A stretch of DNA of 64,000 nt from positions 310,001 through 374,000 of the forward strand of contig CBFDEM010000036.1 of the NCBI GenBank assembly GCA_965603825.1, written 5' to 3'. Position numbers and translations under genes: made by a program. Origin of the DNA: Blepharisma stoltei ATCC 30299 (lineage: Eukaryota; Protista; Ciliophora). The notes beneath the pieces are model-generated. The model saw only the letters and a list, made by a program, of their open reading frames with translations, did not search any database and had not been told where the DNA came from. Shown in pieces: positions 24,183 through 36,035 of this stretch. Numbering within the stretch: the stretch's first letter is position 1; every line of letters starts with the position of its first letter.

Positions 24183-25796
24183 CTATGCATATAAATTTTG
24201 AATCATAATATGCTTGAGTTCTTCAGTGTCCAGTTCTCCATCTTCGTTTTTATCAGCTTCTTTTAAAATTCCTTCAAAAATCTTGTCTTCTGCATATTCT
24301 ACTGAGTATTTAAAATAAGTCTTGATTTCGCTGATAGAAATCTTCCCACTGCCTGTTTTATCATAAACTTCAAAGGTATATTCAAGCCACTGTCGGCAAA
24401 AAGCCTTTTTAATAGACATAATGGCATTGATGACTTGGGTGTAATTAAACAAGCCTTGTAAGTCGTTATCACATCTTATTAAGGCTGCCTCAAAGTCTAG
24501 CTTTTCAATTCCTGATAAATTATAACCGTTCAATAGTGCAGCTCTTGATAGTTTCCCAGATGAGTTTGGGTCTAAATTGAGAAACGCTTGCCGAAGTGCA
24601 AAAGATTCTCTAAACAGCAATAATTGACAATAAATAAACTGTAAAATTACTAATGGAAGCTTATAGCAAGTGCCAAAAGTCAGGAGATTTTTTTGGACTT
24701 TCTGGCTTATTATTGCTGAAGAAGATTTTCCTCGATTTTGAATCCATGGATCTAGTATTACCTCTTGGGCACTAAGCCGGCGTTGAGGATTTTTTGTAAG
24801 CATGCGCATAACAAGGGACTTTGCTTGCGAAGAAATGTGAGACCATTCTTTACCAGTAAAATTAAAGCTGCATTTTGAGATAAGCTCTAAAGTCTGAGTA
24901 TCATCATAGCCTGAAAATGGTGCGTATCCGCATAATAAAATATATAAAATCACTCCGCAGCTTCAGATATCACTTTTTGTGCTCACATTGTCTTGAAAGA
25001 CCTCTGGGGCTGCATAATAAAGAGATCCAGTTGTCATCATAAGTGGAAAAGATAAGTCTAAAGGCTTGGAAATTCCAAAGTTAACAATATTTATCCTGCA
25101 TCCAGGCTTGTCATCAGTAAAAATTATATGCTCTGGGTCAATTTTCCCATTGATGATGTTTTGCTCATGGCAAACTGAAATTGCTGACATGATTTCATAC
25201 ATCCATTCGGCAATATCGTTTTCTCTCAGCTCTCTCTCTTTCCCACATTTTTCAAACAGAGAAACCCCAGTGCATAGATTCGTGCAAATATTTATTTGCG
25301 AGTCATCTTCAATAATCTCATAGATTTTCGGCAAATAAGGAGAGTCTATTGATTTAAGAATCTGAATTTCGCTCACGATGTCAGCTAGTTTATCTTGTTT
25401 GACTCTGTCCTTGCCGATTATTCTTATCGCTCTGAAAGTGTTGCTGGACTTATGTATTGCTTTATACATGTTGCCATAACAGCTTGAACCGAATTGGCTT
25501 ACAATTGTGTAAAACTCTGAGACTTCACCTGTGAGTCATAGGCCTGAATTGGTTGTATTCTGCTTTTTTGGTTCTGCATTTAAATGTGTATTCGAAAACT
25601 CAAAAGTGTTTGTATCGAATTCTTTGCCTCATCCGTTGGATGATGGAGTATAGCTTTCTTCTTGAGGCAATTTATTTGCAGAGGATTCATCAAATGAGTA
25701 GCTTTGCTTGTGCCTGGGATCAGGAACAGGTAGGGTTTCAATTTTTACTTCGTCCTTTATGACACTTGATTGATTACAGCATCCTAAATTTCCCAT
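24183..25796 (-). CDS. CDPK-like pseudokinase with EF hands
   Basis: MGNLGCC start; kinase fold with APE and DI*SCG, but RAIR/NGK/NFG replace AxK/HRD/DFG; C-terminal EF hands. Confidence 0.85.
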
Positions 25797-26106
25797 TTTT
25801 AAGTTTGAATAAAGCTCTTTTTCTGAGTTAGTAAGAGCTTTGATTAATTACAATTAAATTAATTATTATTTTAGCTATAAAATACATAGATTTAAACATT
25901 ATAGCGGCTAAATAAAATATCAATATTGTCATTATCATTTTATTATTCTCAAAATTCAAAACACCGAAAATAAATTCACCATATTTAATTATTTCCTAAT
26001 CTCCGCCCACAGTGTAATTTAAAATCAAGCTTAAGTGATTGCTCAATTTGCTAATCACAATTGTGTGCGTTTCATTAAAAAATTTATTTCATTATTTGAT
26101 ATAAAT

Positions 26107-27621
26107 ATGGACGACAACTCATTAAGAAACCAGCTGCGAATAGTTTTTGAACAAATTGATAAAGATAAGTCTGGAACACTATCCTTGGATGAAATCGAAG
26201 AAGGACTCAAAATGGTAAATCTGGGTAGCGAAGTTAATATCAAAGAAATTGCACAAGAAATCTTCAATGAAACCAAAACAGATGGCCTTAATACAGTTAG
26301 TTATGAATCTTTTCTTGCTTGAAACCTTCGAAAAATAACATCAAAAATTGCAAGAGGCCAAGCTTCAGCATTGGCTGAAATGTTTATCAGCCCAGCTTTC
26401 AAAGTTGTCAATATTTTAAAAACTGTCTTGCCAATGGTCCCATATGAGAAAAGTTTAGAGGTTCAGTGGTGCATTGACCAGATTTCAGGGGGAGAAATTT
26501 ATTCTGCTGGAAAAATAACTAAGCAATCATTGGATACAACCAGCTTGACAACTGATACCCTATTAATTATTGGATTTTTTTCAAACATGAATAAAGTAAA
26601 ACAAATTGAAAATGATGTTAATAGTTCTGCAGAAATTCAAAGGAAAAGGAAAAGCCTAAACATGTCTATTTTTCGAAGGCCCTCCATGCCACCTCTTGAT
26701 GCCGACATAAACGATATAGATTTGAATATTTTCAACCTCAGAAGCCAAGTAAGCAACCCAAATCATGTTTTACATTTTATCTCAGACAAAGTCTTTAACC
26801 ACTGAGATCTTTACAACAAAATGTCAATCGATCCCAAAACTTTTAATAAATATACAGAGCGAGTAGCAGAAGGATATAGAGACAACCCATACCACAACAA
26901 TATCCATGCTGCTGATGTCATGCAATTTTGCCACTTAGTTTTATATAAAGGAAATTTAGTAGAGATTGCGAAGTTGGATACTATCCACATATTGTCATTT
27001 GTATTGGCTGGAATGATTCATGATTTAAAGCACCCAGGAGTCACAAATTCTTTTATAGAAGCTAACCTAGATGAACTAGCTTTAATGTATAATGATAGAT
27101 CTGTCCTTGAAAACTTTCATGTCTCTGAAGCTTTTAGAATATCTCAAAATGCTAATTGCAACATTTTTGAAGGATTAGAAAAGGAAGAATTTAGAATGAT
27201 AAGGCATCTGATAATTAGAAGCGTTCTAGGTACAGATGTTCAGTATCACGGGATACAATTAGGATGGGTGCAAAATAAATTGCAAAATCAGCCTTTGTCT
27301 AATGAAAAAGAAACAGTTCTGGAGGTATTTTTGCATGCTGCTGATATTTCTCACAGCACAAGACAGTGAGAAGTTCATCATAGCTGGTCTTCTCTTTTAC
27401 AAGAGGAGTTTTTTGCTCAAGGAGATATTGAAAAGCAGATGGGCAGGACTGTGATTTCATTATTTGACAGAGAAAAGGCATCAGTTCCATCTCTTCAGCT
27501 TGGCTTTATTAATGGTGTTATTTTACCATATTTTTCCCCATTGCTGAAATTGACCCCTGAAATAGAATCTTACATTAGGTCCATAGAAAAGAATCGTGAT
27601 TATTGGGCTGAGCTTATTTAA
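26107..27621 (+). CDS. Class I cyclic-nucleotide phosphodiesterase with N-terminal EF hands
   Basis: DKDKSGTLSLDE EF loop; YHNNIHAADV, HDLKHPG.TN, LENFH, ADIS, EEFFAQGD.E; three TGAs. Confidence 0.92.
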
Positions 27622-27782
27622 TCGATAGTTTTGGACTTATTGTGCTGTATCATTTTTAATTTTAATTAAGTTTAAATTAATAAAAAACCCTCCATTTAGT
27701 TCCTTGTTGGAGTCATTAAAAATCGTTAAATAGGAATTACTATTTTCTTTATAAAAATTTTCTGAATATAAATAGTTGATAA

Positions 27783-28166
27783 ATGGAACCTAAATCTCAA
27801 AGTGCTACAGATCAGCTAAGAGATACTCATTTTGTCCTACATTCAGAACTGCAGCGAATGAATGCAATTAGCCAAACGTTAGGCTCCACTTCTAAAAACT
27901 ACAAAGACATTTCAGATCAATATGATGATTATGGATCAGAGTTTAGTCGGGCTGGAAAATTTTTAAGGGAAATGAGAAGGAGAATATCAATGCAAGATGT
28001 AATATTTTATGTGTGTTTTTATATCTTTTTAGCTTCAGCTGCATGACTTTTTTTGAAGAGATTTGGAGTTAAAACAATTTTATCCTGATTTCTTGCTATT
28101 TTTTATTATTTACTATCTTATGTTTTTACTTATTTCGACAATGAAACGCAAGGACAAGATCTTTAA
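27783..28166 (+). CDS. Sec20-like Qb SNARE (short, 127 aa)
   Basis: LRDT...L..EL.RM......L..TS SNARE motif, D......F..FL....* ...KR TM segment, lumenal tail ending QDL. Confidence 0.65.
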
Positions 28167-28567
28167 TTTTAATTGCCTTTTATTTCTAATTGCAAACAAT
28201 CTATTTACATTTTTTTAATATATTTTGATATTATTCCTCGCAATTATTTTAAAATTGAAATCGGATATTTATTACTGATATTATGTTGATTTTAACCAAT
28301 AATAATTTCGTAAAAATAAAGTTTTAATGTAAATTTGATATATAAACAAAATTCTGCTTACATCCTTTATCAAAACGAGCTTGAATTTATAAAAAATGCC
28401 CAAAAGTGCTTATAGCTAATTATATTCAAACTAGCATCCCATCAGATTATAAATAAAAGGAATTAATTATTGTGTCAAATTCAAAAATAATAAATATATT
28501 AATTTTATTAACATTTGTCTTGTGTGCTCAAACAACCAAAAAGAAATATCATAGATTTTATAAGTAA

Positions 28568-30778
28568 ATGGGAAGCTCTTCAAGAGCCATTGAAAACACT
28601 CTTCAGCACTTGGTAGATGATATTCAAGAAGACATTCATGACTACATCATAGCTTTTCGAAATCCTTGGGATGTCCCCTCCAGGAATTATGAAAATCGTA
28701 ACTTTTCCTGACAAATTAAATCCTCAAGAGCCGAAGAAAAATTTCAAATGTTTTTCAAATCAAATAACGCTGACATAGTTTATCTTTCTGAATTAAAAGA
28801 ATTTCAAAGCTTCCTATTAGGGAAAGACCATATAAAATATCAAGATTTAGCTCAATTTACTATTAACTGCGCACTGAAACTTCTCCAGCAAAATCTTCAT
28901 CTGGACGTGAAGGGAAATTTATCAGAGGACTGTGAGTTTATTATTTTGAAAATAAGAGCAAGCGAAGAAAATTTACAAGTTGAAGCAGATTTATGTGACT
29001 ATGTTTTACAGCTTAGACCTGATGTGATCGATAATTTGGATTTTCAGAAAATTTCACCATATGCGCCTTATGAGAAAAGAGATGAAATTTTTGATAGGAT
29101 TTATAAACATTATGATGAAAACGGAAATGAGTGTGAAAATGGGTCATTATTCAAGCATATTGATCGAATCAGATTAGTAAATAGCATGATTACTGGAATC
29201 ATCGAACTAAGCGACCTCCAGAAAAATAGCATTCTTGAAGACCATTTCCCATCGTCATCTACTAAAATCCTAAATGATCTTAAATCAAACTGGGCAACTT
29301 TGCGTAAATGAAATCAGAAGCAGGATCTTGAAAAACTAAAAAATTATTTTGGCGAAAAATTGACAATGTATTTTGCCTGGCTTGAAATGTATGTTTGGTG
29401 GTTAATATGGCCAGCTGTAATAGGCACTATTTTTGGAATCATAAATGCAATAAATGGAAAAGATTTTACCACTGATAGTAGCATGTCGCTATCAGAAGCT
29501 TTAACGTTACTTTTTTCATTGTTTGTTAGCATTGCAAGTACACTCATGGACCAACTTTGGGTTAGGAAGCAAAATTTGCTGGCTTGACAATGGGGCTTAA
29601 CTGATTTCCAAGAAAATGAAGAACAAATGCCAGATTTTAAAGGAGCTTACACTAAAGATCCAGTTACAGGGAAAAGGAAAAAAGTTGATTTAAATCAAGT
29701 TCAGCATCATGGAAAAGTATGGATTGGATATAGTGTGATGATGTTTTTCGTGTCTCTTGTTGTAGTTTGCATCGTCGGCCTTTTCTTTTATAGATCTACA
29801 CTAAAAGATAAGCAAGGATGGGGATTGAGATTTTTAGGCTACGCAAACGCTATACAGATCAAAATTATGAATTTTGTAAGCTTTATATAGATATATAGAA
29901 AAGTCGCAAAAAAATTAACTGATTGGGAAAACTACGAAACTCGTTCGCAGTATATGGATGCTTTGACAATCAAGCTCTTTTCTTTCCAATTTGTGAACAG
30001 CTATATTTCTTTGATGTATATTGCATTTATTAAAGGAAGATGGGAAGGATGCGCAGACGGGGATTGCATGTATGAGCTATCTGTCCAGCTAGGTGCTATA
30101 TATTTTATCAACTTATTCTTGAACCTGATTGAGCTGGGCTTACCTTATTTGAAAGGCAAGTGGAAAATGTATAAGCATAAGAAAAATAGCGATGGAGCTC
30201 TGGTGTCTAAAGAAGATCACGAATTAACTTTATCCTCATATGAAACTCCATTAGACGACTATATGGAGATGGTCATAGGCTATGGATATGTTGTGCTATT
30301 CAGTGTGGCTTTTTCGTTTACTCCATTAATCGTATTATGCTTAAGTGCTTTGGAGTTAAGAGTTGACGCATGGAAATTATGCCATCTAACTAAAAGGCCA
30401 TTTCCAGCTCAAGACAACTCAATCGGAGTCTGGATGACTATCATTCAAATCATGGCAGTTGTAGGGGCAGCCACAAACACAGGCATAGTCATTTTTACTT
30501 CTAATGTGTTTGATTTATCTTCAAATGAAGATAAGTGGGTTTTGTTCATCATTATTGAGCATGCACTATTTATTTTGAAATTCTTAATCAGCATGTATAT
30601 TCCAGACGTTCCTGAAATCGCAAGAAAAGGGAAGATTTGGAGTGAAAGGATTGTAAATGAGAAGCTATATGGCAAACTTAGTGATACTGATTTAGAAAGA
30701 AGCTCAAGGAATTTGAATTTCCGTGCAATTTCAGATGGCCAATATATAGATGCTCAAAAAATAATAGAAGGTATATAA
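28568..30778 (+). CDS. Anoctamin/TMEM16 family channel-scramblase; one 15-nt intron
   Basis: YFGEKL.MYFAWL, LTDWENY, KLFSFQFVNSY, DDYMEM...YGY, E.RVDA.K, IGVW. Confidence 0.93.
29876..29890 (+). other. 15-nt intron GTAAGCTTTATATAG
   Basis: Removal restores conserved IKIMNF|IYRKVAKKLTDWEN. Confidence 0.9.
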
Positions 30779-30821
30779 GGCTTTAAAATTAAATATTACG
30801 CGGATTTAAATTTTTATTTTA

Positions 30822-31724
30822 TTAAGTTCTGACTATTTCTTTATCATATTTATCAACGACTTCATTGCAATTTCTTGCAAAATGACCTTTTCTGTAGCAG
30901 ATAAAGCAAGCATCATTTAAATCTGCAATTAGTCTTCTAATGTTCAAAACTTCTTCTTCATCAAGATCTCTCTCTACATATGGCCCCCCTCTTACAACAA
31001 TTTCTGTTGAATCGTGAACCCCAAACATAATTAGTGAGATCTTTAACTCTTCCATAATAGCTAAGCGTTTGTCTGTATAAGGCCCAAAAACACTATAGCA
31101 TTTTATGTTGTGCCCTTTAGTTCAGGAAGCTCCTTGCCCTTGTCCCTTTTTATGCTGATCAATTCTATATTCGATGTTGACATATTTGCAGTATCCAACA
31201 TAATAATACCCGTGCTCTATAGTCAGCACATAGACACAATAGACTTCATTTCAATCTCTTACATTTTCATATAAAACTGCATAATCAACATATGGATATA
31301 TAGCATTTTCTATATAAAGTGGAATGTTTTCATGATAGGGACGTGTAAATAGAAGTCCTGGACATTGGGTGTAAATCATAAATGCATTTAAAAATGTGAT
31401 ATCATTGTCTGACAACTGAACTTCGGTAAAAATACTTCCCCGAACGTTTTCGATTCCGTGATACTTCATCAATTCTATTGTTTTTTTGAATTCTTCGATT
31501 TCAGCTTCAATCAAAGTATCAAATCTCATTAAAACAGGCTCACGCTCAGGCCCATGAAGTGGTCAGACAGGGTTTAGCTGATACAAAGTTCATTCGTTCT
31601 CTTTTTTTATAGTTTCAGAGGTTGAAAGATAAGAAATTGTGCCTACAAGGATTTTGTTATTACGTAAATATCTAATATATAAAACCGAAGGGCTTTCCGC
31701 CAAAAAGTCTTGGTACCTTTCCAT
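30822..31724 (-). CDS. Tandem GIY-YIG nuclease-like modules plus C-terminal CCHC zinc knuckle (300 aa)
   Basis: Module 2: VYVLTIEHGYYYVG..RIDQHKKG.G.GAS*TK..EE..VRGGPY; module 1: LYIRYLRNNKILVG..E*T..EE..LMKYHGIENVRGS; CFICYRKGHFARNC. Confidence 0.78.
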
Positions 31725-31847
31725 TATTATCCAAAATGAATAGAGATTTATTAGAAAAAATGAGAATAGAGATTTAAAGAAAGATAATTATATAGTGTAT
31801 GCATCATTACCCAGTTTGATATAATAATTTCTCTTTATAGGTTGTTG

Positions 31848-31937
31848 TAAAGAATAATCTCCGATATCTGGTACTGCTTACTCTTCAAATCGGATAAGCA
31901 TGCCAGAATCAGATATAGAAAGGCAGATTATTCTTTA
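31848..31937. repeat. 90-bp imperfect palindrome with perfect 13-bp terminal inverted repeats, TA-bounded
   Basis: TAAAGAATAATCT (31848-31860) / AGATTATTCTTTA (31925-31937); inner stems TCTGGTA/TGCCAGA and TGCTTA/TAAGCA. Confidence 0.8.
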
Positions 31938-32187
31938 TCGAAGGCTATAAAAAGTAAAGGCTATATTAATTAAAAGATTAGCAAAATTAAAGGCAAATAT
32001 TTAAAGATACAGCTCTGATCATAGACGAGTACCAGTCTAATTTATTATTTCATGATAAGCATGTATTTCCTATACCTTATTTTGCATCAGCCAAGCAAGT
32101 ATTTTAATGTTTCTATTTTTAATCATATTGACATTACTCATAATAAAAAAAACGCAGTAATCTGATTAGATTCAACTTGATATTAAA

Positions 32188-32961
32188 ATGAAGCCTAAAT
32201 CGAGAAGAACGCAATCACTAAACGAATTTTTTAGTTTCCAAACAATGACATCTTTCCAACCGCCATCCTCAAAACTTATATTAGATAATTCTCCGCAAAC
32301 ACATAAATTTCAGTCTTTCAGCTCTACTAAAACTTTGAATCCATTTTTGAATACTATTTCTGCTGAAGAAACTGTTCCCAGAAAAGAAAAGAAAACTCGA
32401 GAGCTCATTTTGAAAGAGCTCAGTAAAATCCAAAAAACAAATAACTGCCCTGTAAAAAGCCGAGTCTTTAACCACAAGCATACGTCTTTATGAACATCAC
32501 GTGGGTGCAGATCGCAGCCTCTATCTCCGCTTAATAAAATTCCGTTAAATCGCGATTATCCGATTCGCAGTAAAATTCCAAAAACTCCAGACTCCTCGCC
32601 AATCTTAGTTGGGTCGAAGCTCTCTCCAAAAATTCAAAATTTCATGGCCAATTCTCTAGAAACACCGATCACAAAAAACTACCAAAATCTTAAAACTCTA
32701 GAATCCAAGCTGAGCAACTTAAAAAGAAGGGCTTCGGTCCCTTACCTCCTTGATTTTGATAAAGATTTGACTAAATCAAGATGATCTATAGAGACTATTG
32801 AAAAAGGCTTACAAGAAGATCTGCATAAAGAGCTCACAAATGCACGGGAAGCTGATTTCCGATCAGATATAACTAGGTTGACTGTATGGAAGCAAGATTT
32901 AACAGGGTTTAAAAAAGAAATCGATAGGATTATCAACTCTTTTCCAGTTACTAGATATTAA
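32188..32961 (+). CDS. Hypothetical Ser/Pro/Lys-rich protein (257 aa)
   Basis: Open through two TGAs to TAA at 32959-32961. Confidence 0.6.
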
Positions 32962-32983
32962 TAGATCATTGATTTAAATTAAA

Positions 32984-34390
32984 ATGTTGGCTTCTCTTAT
33001 AAAAGCAGTAAGGCCTTCGCCTCAGTTTGTGAAATATGAGCCAAAAGGACCAATTGTGAAAACTGCAGTACCAGGACCAGAAAGCTTGGCTTTGCTAAAC
33101 GAATATGAAGGACTAACTCAGGATTTCAGGACTGTAAGATTCTTTGCCGATTATCAAAAAAGTATAGGGAATTATGTAGTTGATGCAGATGGAAACACCC
33201 TTCTTGATGCTTATGCTCTGAATGCTTCACTCCCAATAGGCTACAATCACCCTCTCTTTTTATCATTCCTTGAGCAAGCGAATATTCGTCCTCATTTAAT
33301 TCATAGATCAGCTTGTGCAGTCAATCCTTCTAGCGACTGGGCTTTAAAACTCAAAAACACTTTGCTTCCTCTGGGTCCTGAAAGCTTAAGCGAAATTTTC
33401 ATGTCTTGTGGGTGCGGAATCGGAGCTACAGAAAACGCAATGAAAGCAGCATCTATTTGGTATTATAAAAATCAATACGGAGTTGACTTTACCCCTGAAC
33501 AAATAAAAACAACAATAGAAGGAAAACCACCAGGGATCCCTGATTACGCATTTTTGAGCCTTGAAGGAGCTTATCATGGCAGAAGTATTGGCCTTCTTTC
33601 TGTCTCTTCATCTTCTGGAATTGATAAAGTAGATTTCCCAAGCTTTAAATGGCCAAGAGCGCCTTTTCCAAAAGAAAAATATCCAATAACTTCCTATTCA
33701 GAAAACAAAGCTCAAGAATCACAAGCTTTAGAAGCAACAAGGAAAATCTTCCAAACAAGCAAAGTTCCTATAGTAGGACTTTTGATAGAGCCGATTCAAA
33801 ACGAAGGGACATATTACGCAAGTCCTCAATACTATCAACAGCTCCAATCAATTGCGAAGGAATTCAAAGCTGCTGTCATTGTAGATGAGACCTATTCTGG
33901 AGTTGGGATTACAGGAAAGTTCTGGGCCCACCAGCATTGGGGAATTCAGCCAGATATTTTAGTATTCTCTAAAAAAGCTCAAGTTTCAGGGTATTTTGCT
34001 AAGCCAGAATTCAGGCCACCTCATGCTTTTATGATGATGGGAACTTGGTGTGGAGACCCTCTGCGTCTTGCCCAATTGCAAGGCGTAATGAATGTTATTT
34101 CTTGTGAAAACTTAGTCGATAGCGCCAGCTCTACTGGCGAATATTTATTAAGCGGTCTCACCGCAATTCAAACTAAAAGAGACAAACTCGCAAATGTTAG
34201 AGGACTAGGCTTGCACATTGCTTTTGACATGCCAGACAAAGCCTCAGCCTGGGGATTATGCAAAAAATTACTAGAAAAGGGTGTTCACGTAGGAGTTGCG
34301 AAAGATAACGTCATTCAGCTAAGACCTTCTCTAATTTTCGGAAAGGCTCACGCTGACATATTCTTGGACGCACTTGATGCTTCCCTTTAA
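32984..34390 (+). CDS. ABAT: 4-aminobutyrate aminotransferase, mitochondrial
   Basis: VKTAVPGP, S.GNY..DADGN, SLPIGYNHP, YHGR, F.WP.APFP, IEPIQ.EG, VDE, FSKKAQ, TWCGDP. Confidence 0.93.
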   Translation: MLASLIKAVRPSPQFVKYEPKGPIVKTAVPGPESLALLNEYEGLTQDFRTVRFFADYQKSIGNYVVDADGNTLLDAYALNASLPIGYNHPLFLSFLEQANIRPHLIHRSACAVNPSSDWALKLKNTLLPLGPESLSEIFMSCGCGIGATENAMKAASIWYYKNQYGVDFTPEQIKTTIEGKPPGIPDYAFLSLEGAYHGRSIGLLSVSSSSGIDKVDFPSFKWPRAPFPKEKYPITSYSENKAQESQALEATRKIFQTSKVPIVGLLIEPIQNEGTYYASPQYYQQLQSIAKEFKAAVIVDETYSGVGITGKFWAHQHWGIQPDILVFSKKAQVSGYFAKPEFRPPHAFMMMGTWCGDPLRLAQLQGVMNVISCENLVDSASSTGEYLLSGLTAIQTKRDKLANVRGLGLHIAFDMPDKASAWGLCKKLLEKGVHVGVAKDNVIQLRPSLIFGKAHADIFLDALDASL

Positions 34391-34424
34391 ATAAGAGAAA
34401 TTATTAAAAATTAAAAAATAAATA

Positions 34425-35831
34425 ATGAACTATGCATTGATAAACCAACTCGAAGAAAAAATTGAGAACGTCAAATTTGGCAAACTCCAGTGGAAACTGT
34501 TTTTCCTATGTGGGATGGGATGAGCAGCAGATATGATGTGAATAACTGGCAATGCAATTTTCATGAATGAAATTGGTGAAGAATGGGGTGTCCCTGTTTA
34601 CCAGAGGAGTGCGTTACCTTTTGGTCTAATGCTAGGGGTATTTGTAGGGAGCTACGCTTGGGGAACTATTTCTGATAGACGAGGGAGAATGCTGCCTTTT
34701 AAAAGGACACTAATCATTTCTGTGATTTCAGGAGCAATTGGATGTGCGTCAATGAATGTATGAATGATGGCAGTTTGCTTTTTTGGAGCTGGACTAGGAT
34801 TAGGAGGAAATCTGGCTGTGGATGGAGCGGTATTTATAGAATATTGCCCAAATAAATCAAGACATATGCTGACAGGCATGAGTATTGTGTGCGTTTTTGG
34901 CTCTATATTAGTATGTGGGTGCGCATGGCTTTACTTAGGCATTGGTCTTCCAGAAATGTGAAGGTTTCTTCTGGTCACTATTGTGTTTATTACCTTGGTC
35001 TCTGCAATTTTTAGATTTAGTATTAATGAAACACCTCACTATTTAATATCCAAAGGAAAAATTTCAGAAGCTGAATGGGTGATCTCAGAGATGCTAAAAT
35101 ACAATGGAGAAGAAGGGGTCAATATTCCACTGAATTCAATCGAAGTTCAGCAGGAAAATATGCCTGAGCATCTCGATATTAGAGGTCAAATTAAATTATT
35201 GCTTTCTCCTCCGTTGAGAAGAAGCTTGGTTTTCTATATTATGGTGATTCTTATATAGATATGATTTTTCACAGCTTTTACTTTTACAGGCTTTGGCAGC
35301 TATTTGCCTGAAATAATGAGACGCGCAGGAGCTGGAGACACAGATAACCAAAGCTTATATATGACTATGTTTTTACAGCAGCTCTCCGGGATTCCAGCTG
35401 TAATTTTAGCTACTTATTTGGTTAAATCATCACTAGGGAGAAAATGGACACAAGCAATTACTTTATTACTGGGAAGCGCATTCATTTTTGGATTTTTAAC
35501 TAGTTCATATGATATTGTAACCTCTATTTAGCTAATGGTCTGCTCTGTTATTTTTTATTTATTAACGCTTATTGCGTACTCTGTGCAATATGCAATAACA
35601 CCTGAAGCATTTCCAGCTGAAGTTAGGAGTTCTGCAGTTGGGATTTGTAATTGCGCTAATCGATTGGCTTCCATGATTTCACCAATATTGGCAGGAATAT
35701 TGTTGGAATTTACGAGCAATGATGTGCCAGCAGTCATTTTGTTTTCAGCAAGTTTAGCAGCTGCTGGGCTTAGTGGCTGCTTTATTAAGGAGACAAAAGA
35801 TATGCCAAAGATAAATGTTTGTCAAAGATAA
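34425..35831 (+). CDS. MFS transporter, SV2/SVOP-like; two 15-nt introns
   Basis: FGKLQW..F..CG.G*.AD, WG.ISDRRGR, ETP.YL, LGRKW, TPE.FP.EVR. Confidence 0.9.
35244..35258 (+). other. 15-nt intron GTGATTCTTATATAG
   Basis: Removes in-frame TAG; restores TM7 ...IMI*FF. Confidence 0.85.
35517..35531 (+). other. 15-nt intron GTAACCTCTATTTAG
   Basis: Removes in-frame TAG; same position as the intron in the MFS paralog. Confidence 0.88.
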
Positions 35832-36035
35832 AACACCTTAACAAAATAATTCATAGTAATCTATAGCAATGATCACCTGGGCTTTAATAAATAACCTTAA
35901 TGAGAAGTGCTTTTTAAAATTATTAAGAAATTAAATAATAAAAAAATTTACTCAGATTCTTGTATGAGTTTGTGCTGCCTTTTCCAAGGTAATCATAATA
36001 GAATCATGATTTAAATTAATTACTTTCTATAAAAT

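Noticed and set aside
31848-32100. Hammerhead ribozyme or Penelope-like element next to the GIY-YIG gene
   Set aside because: No CUGANGA...GAAA core on either strand and no reverse transcriptase nearby
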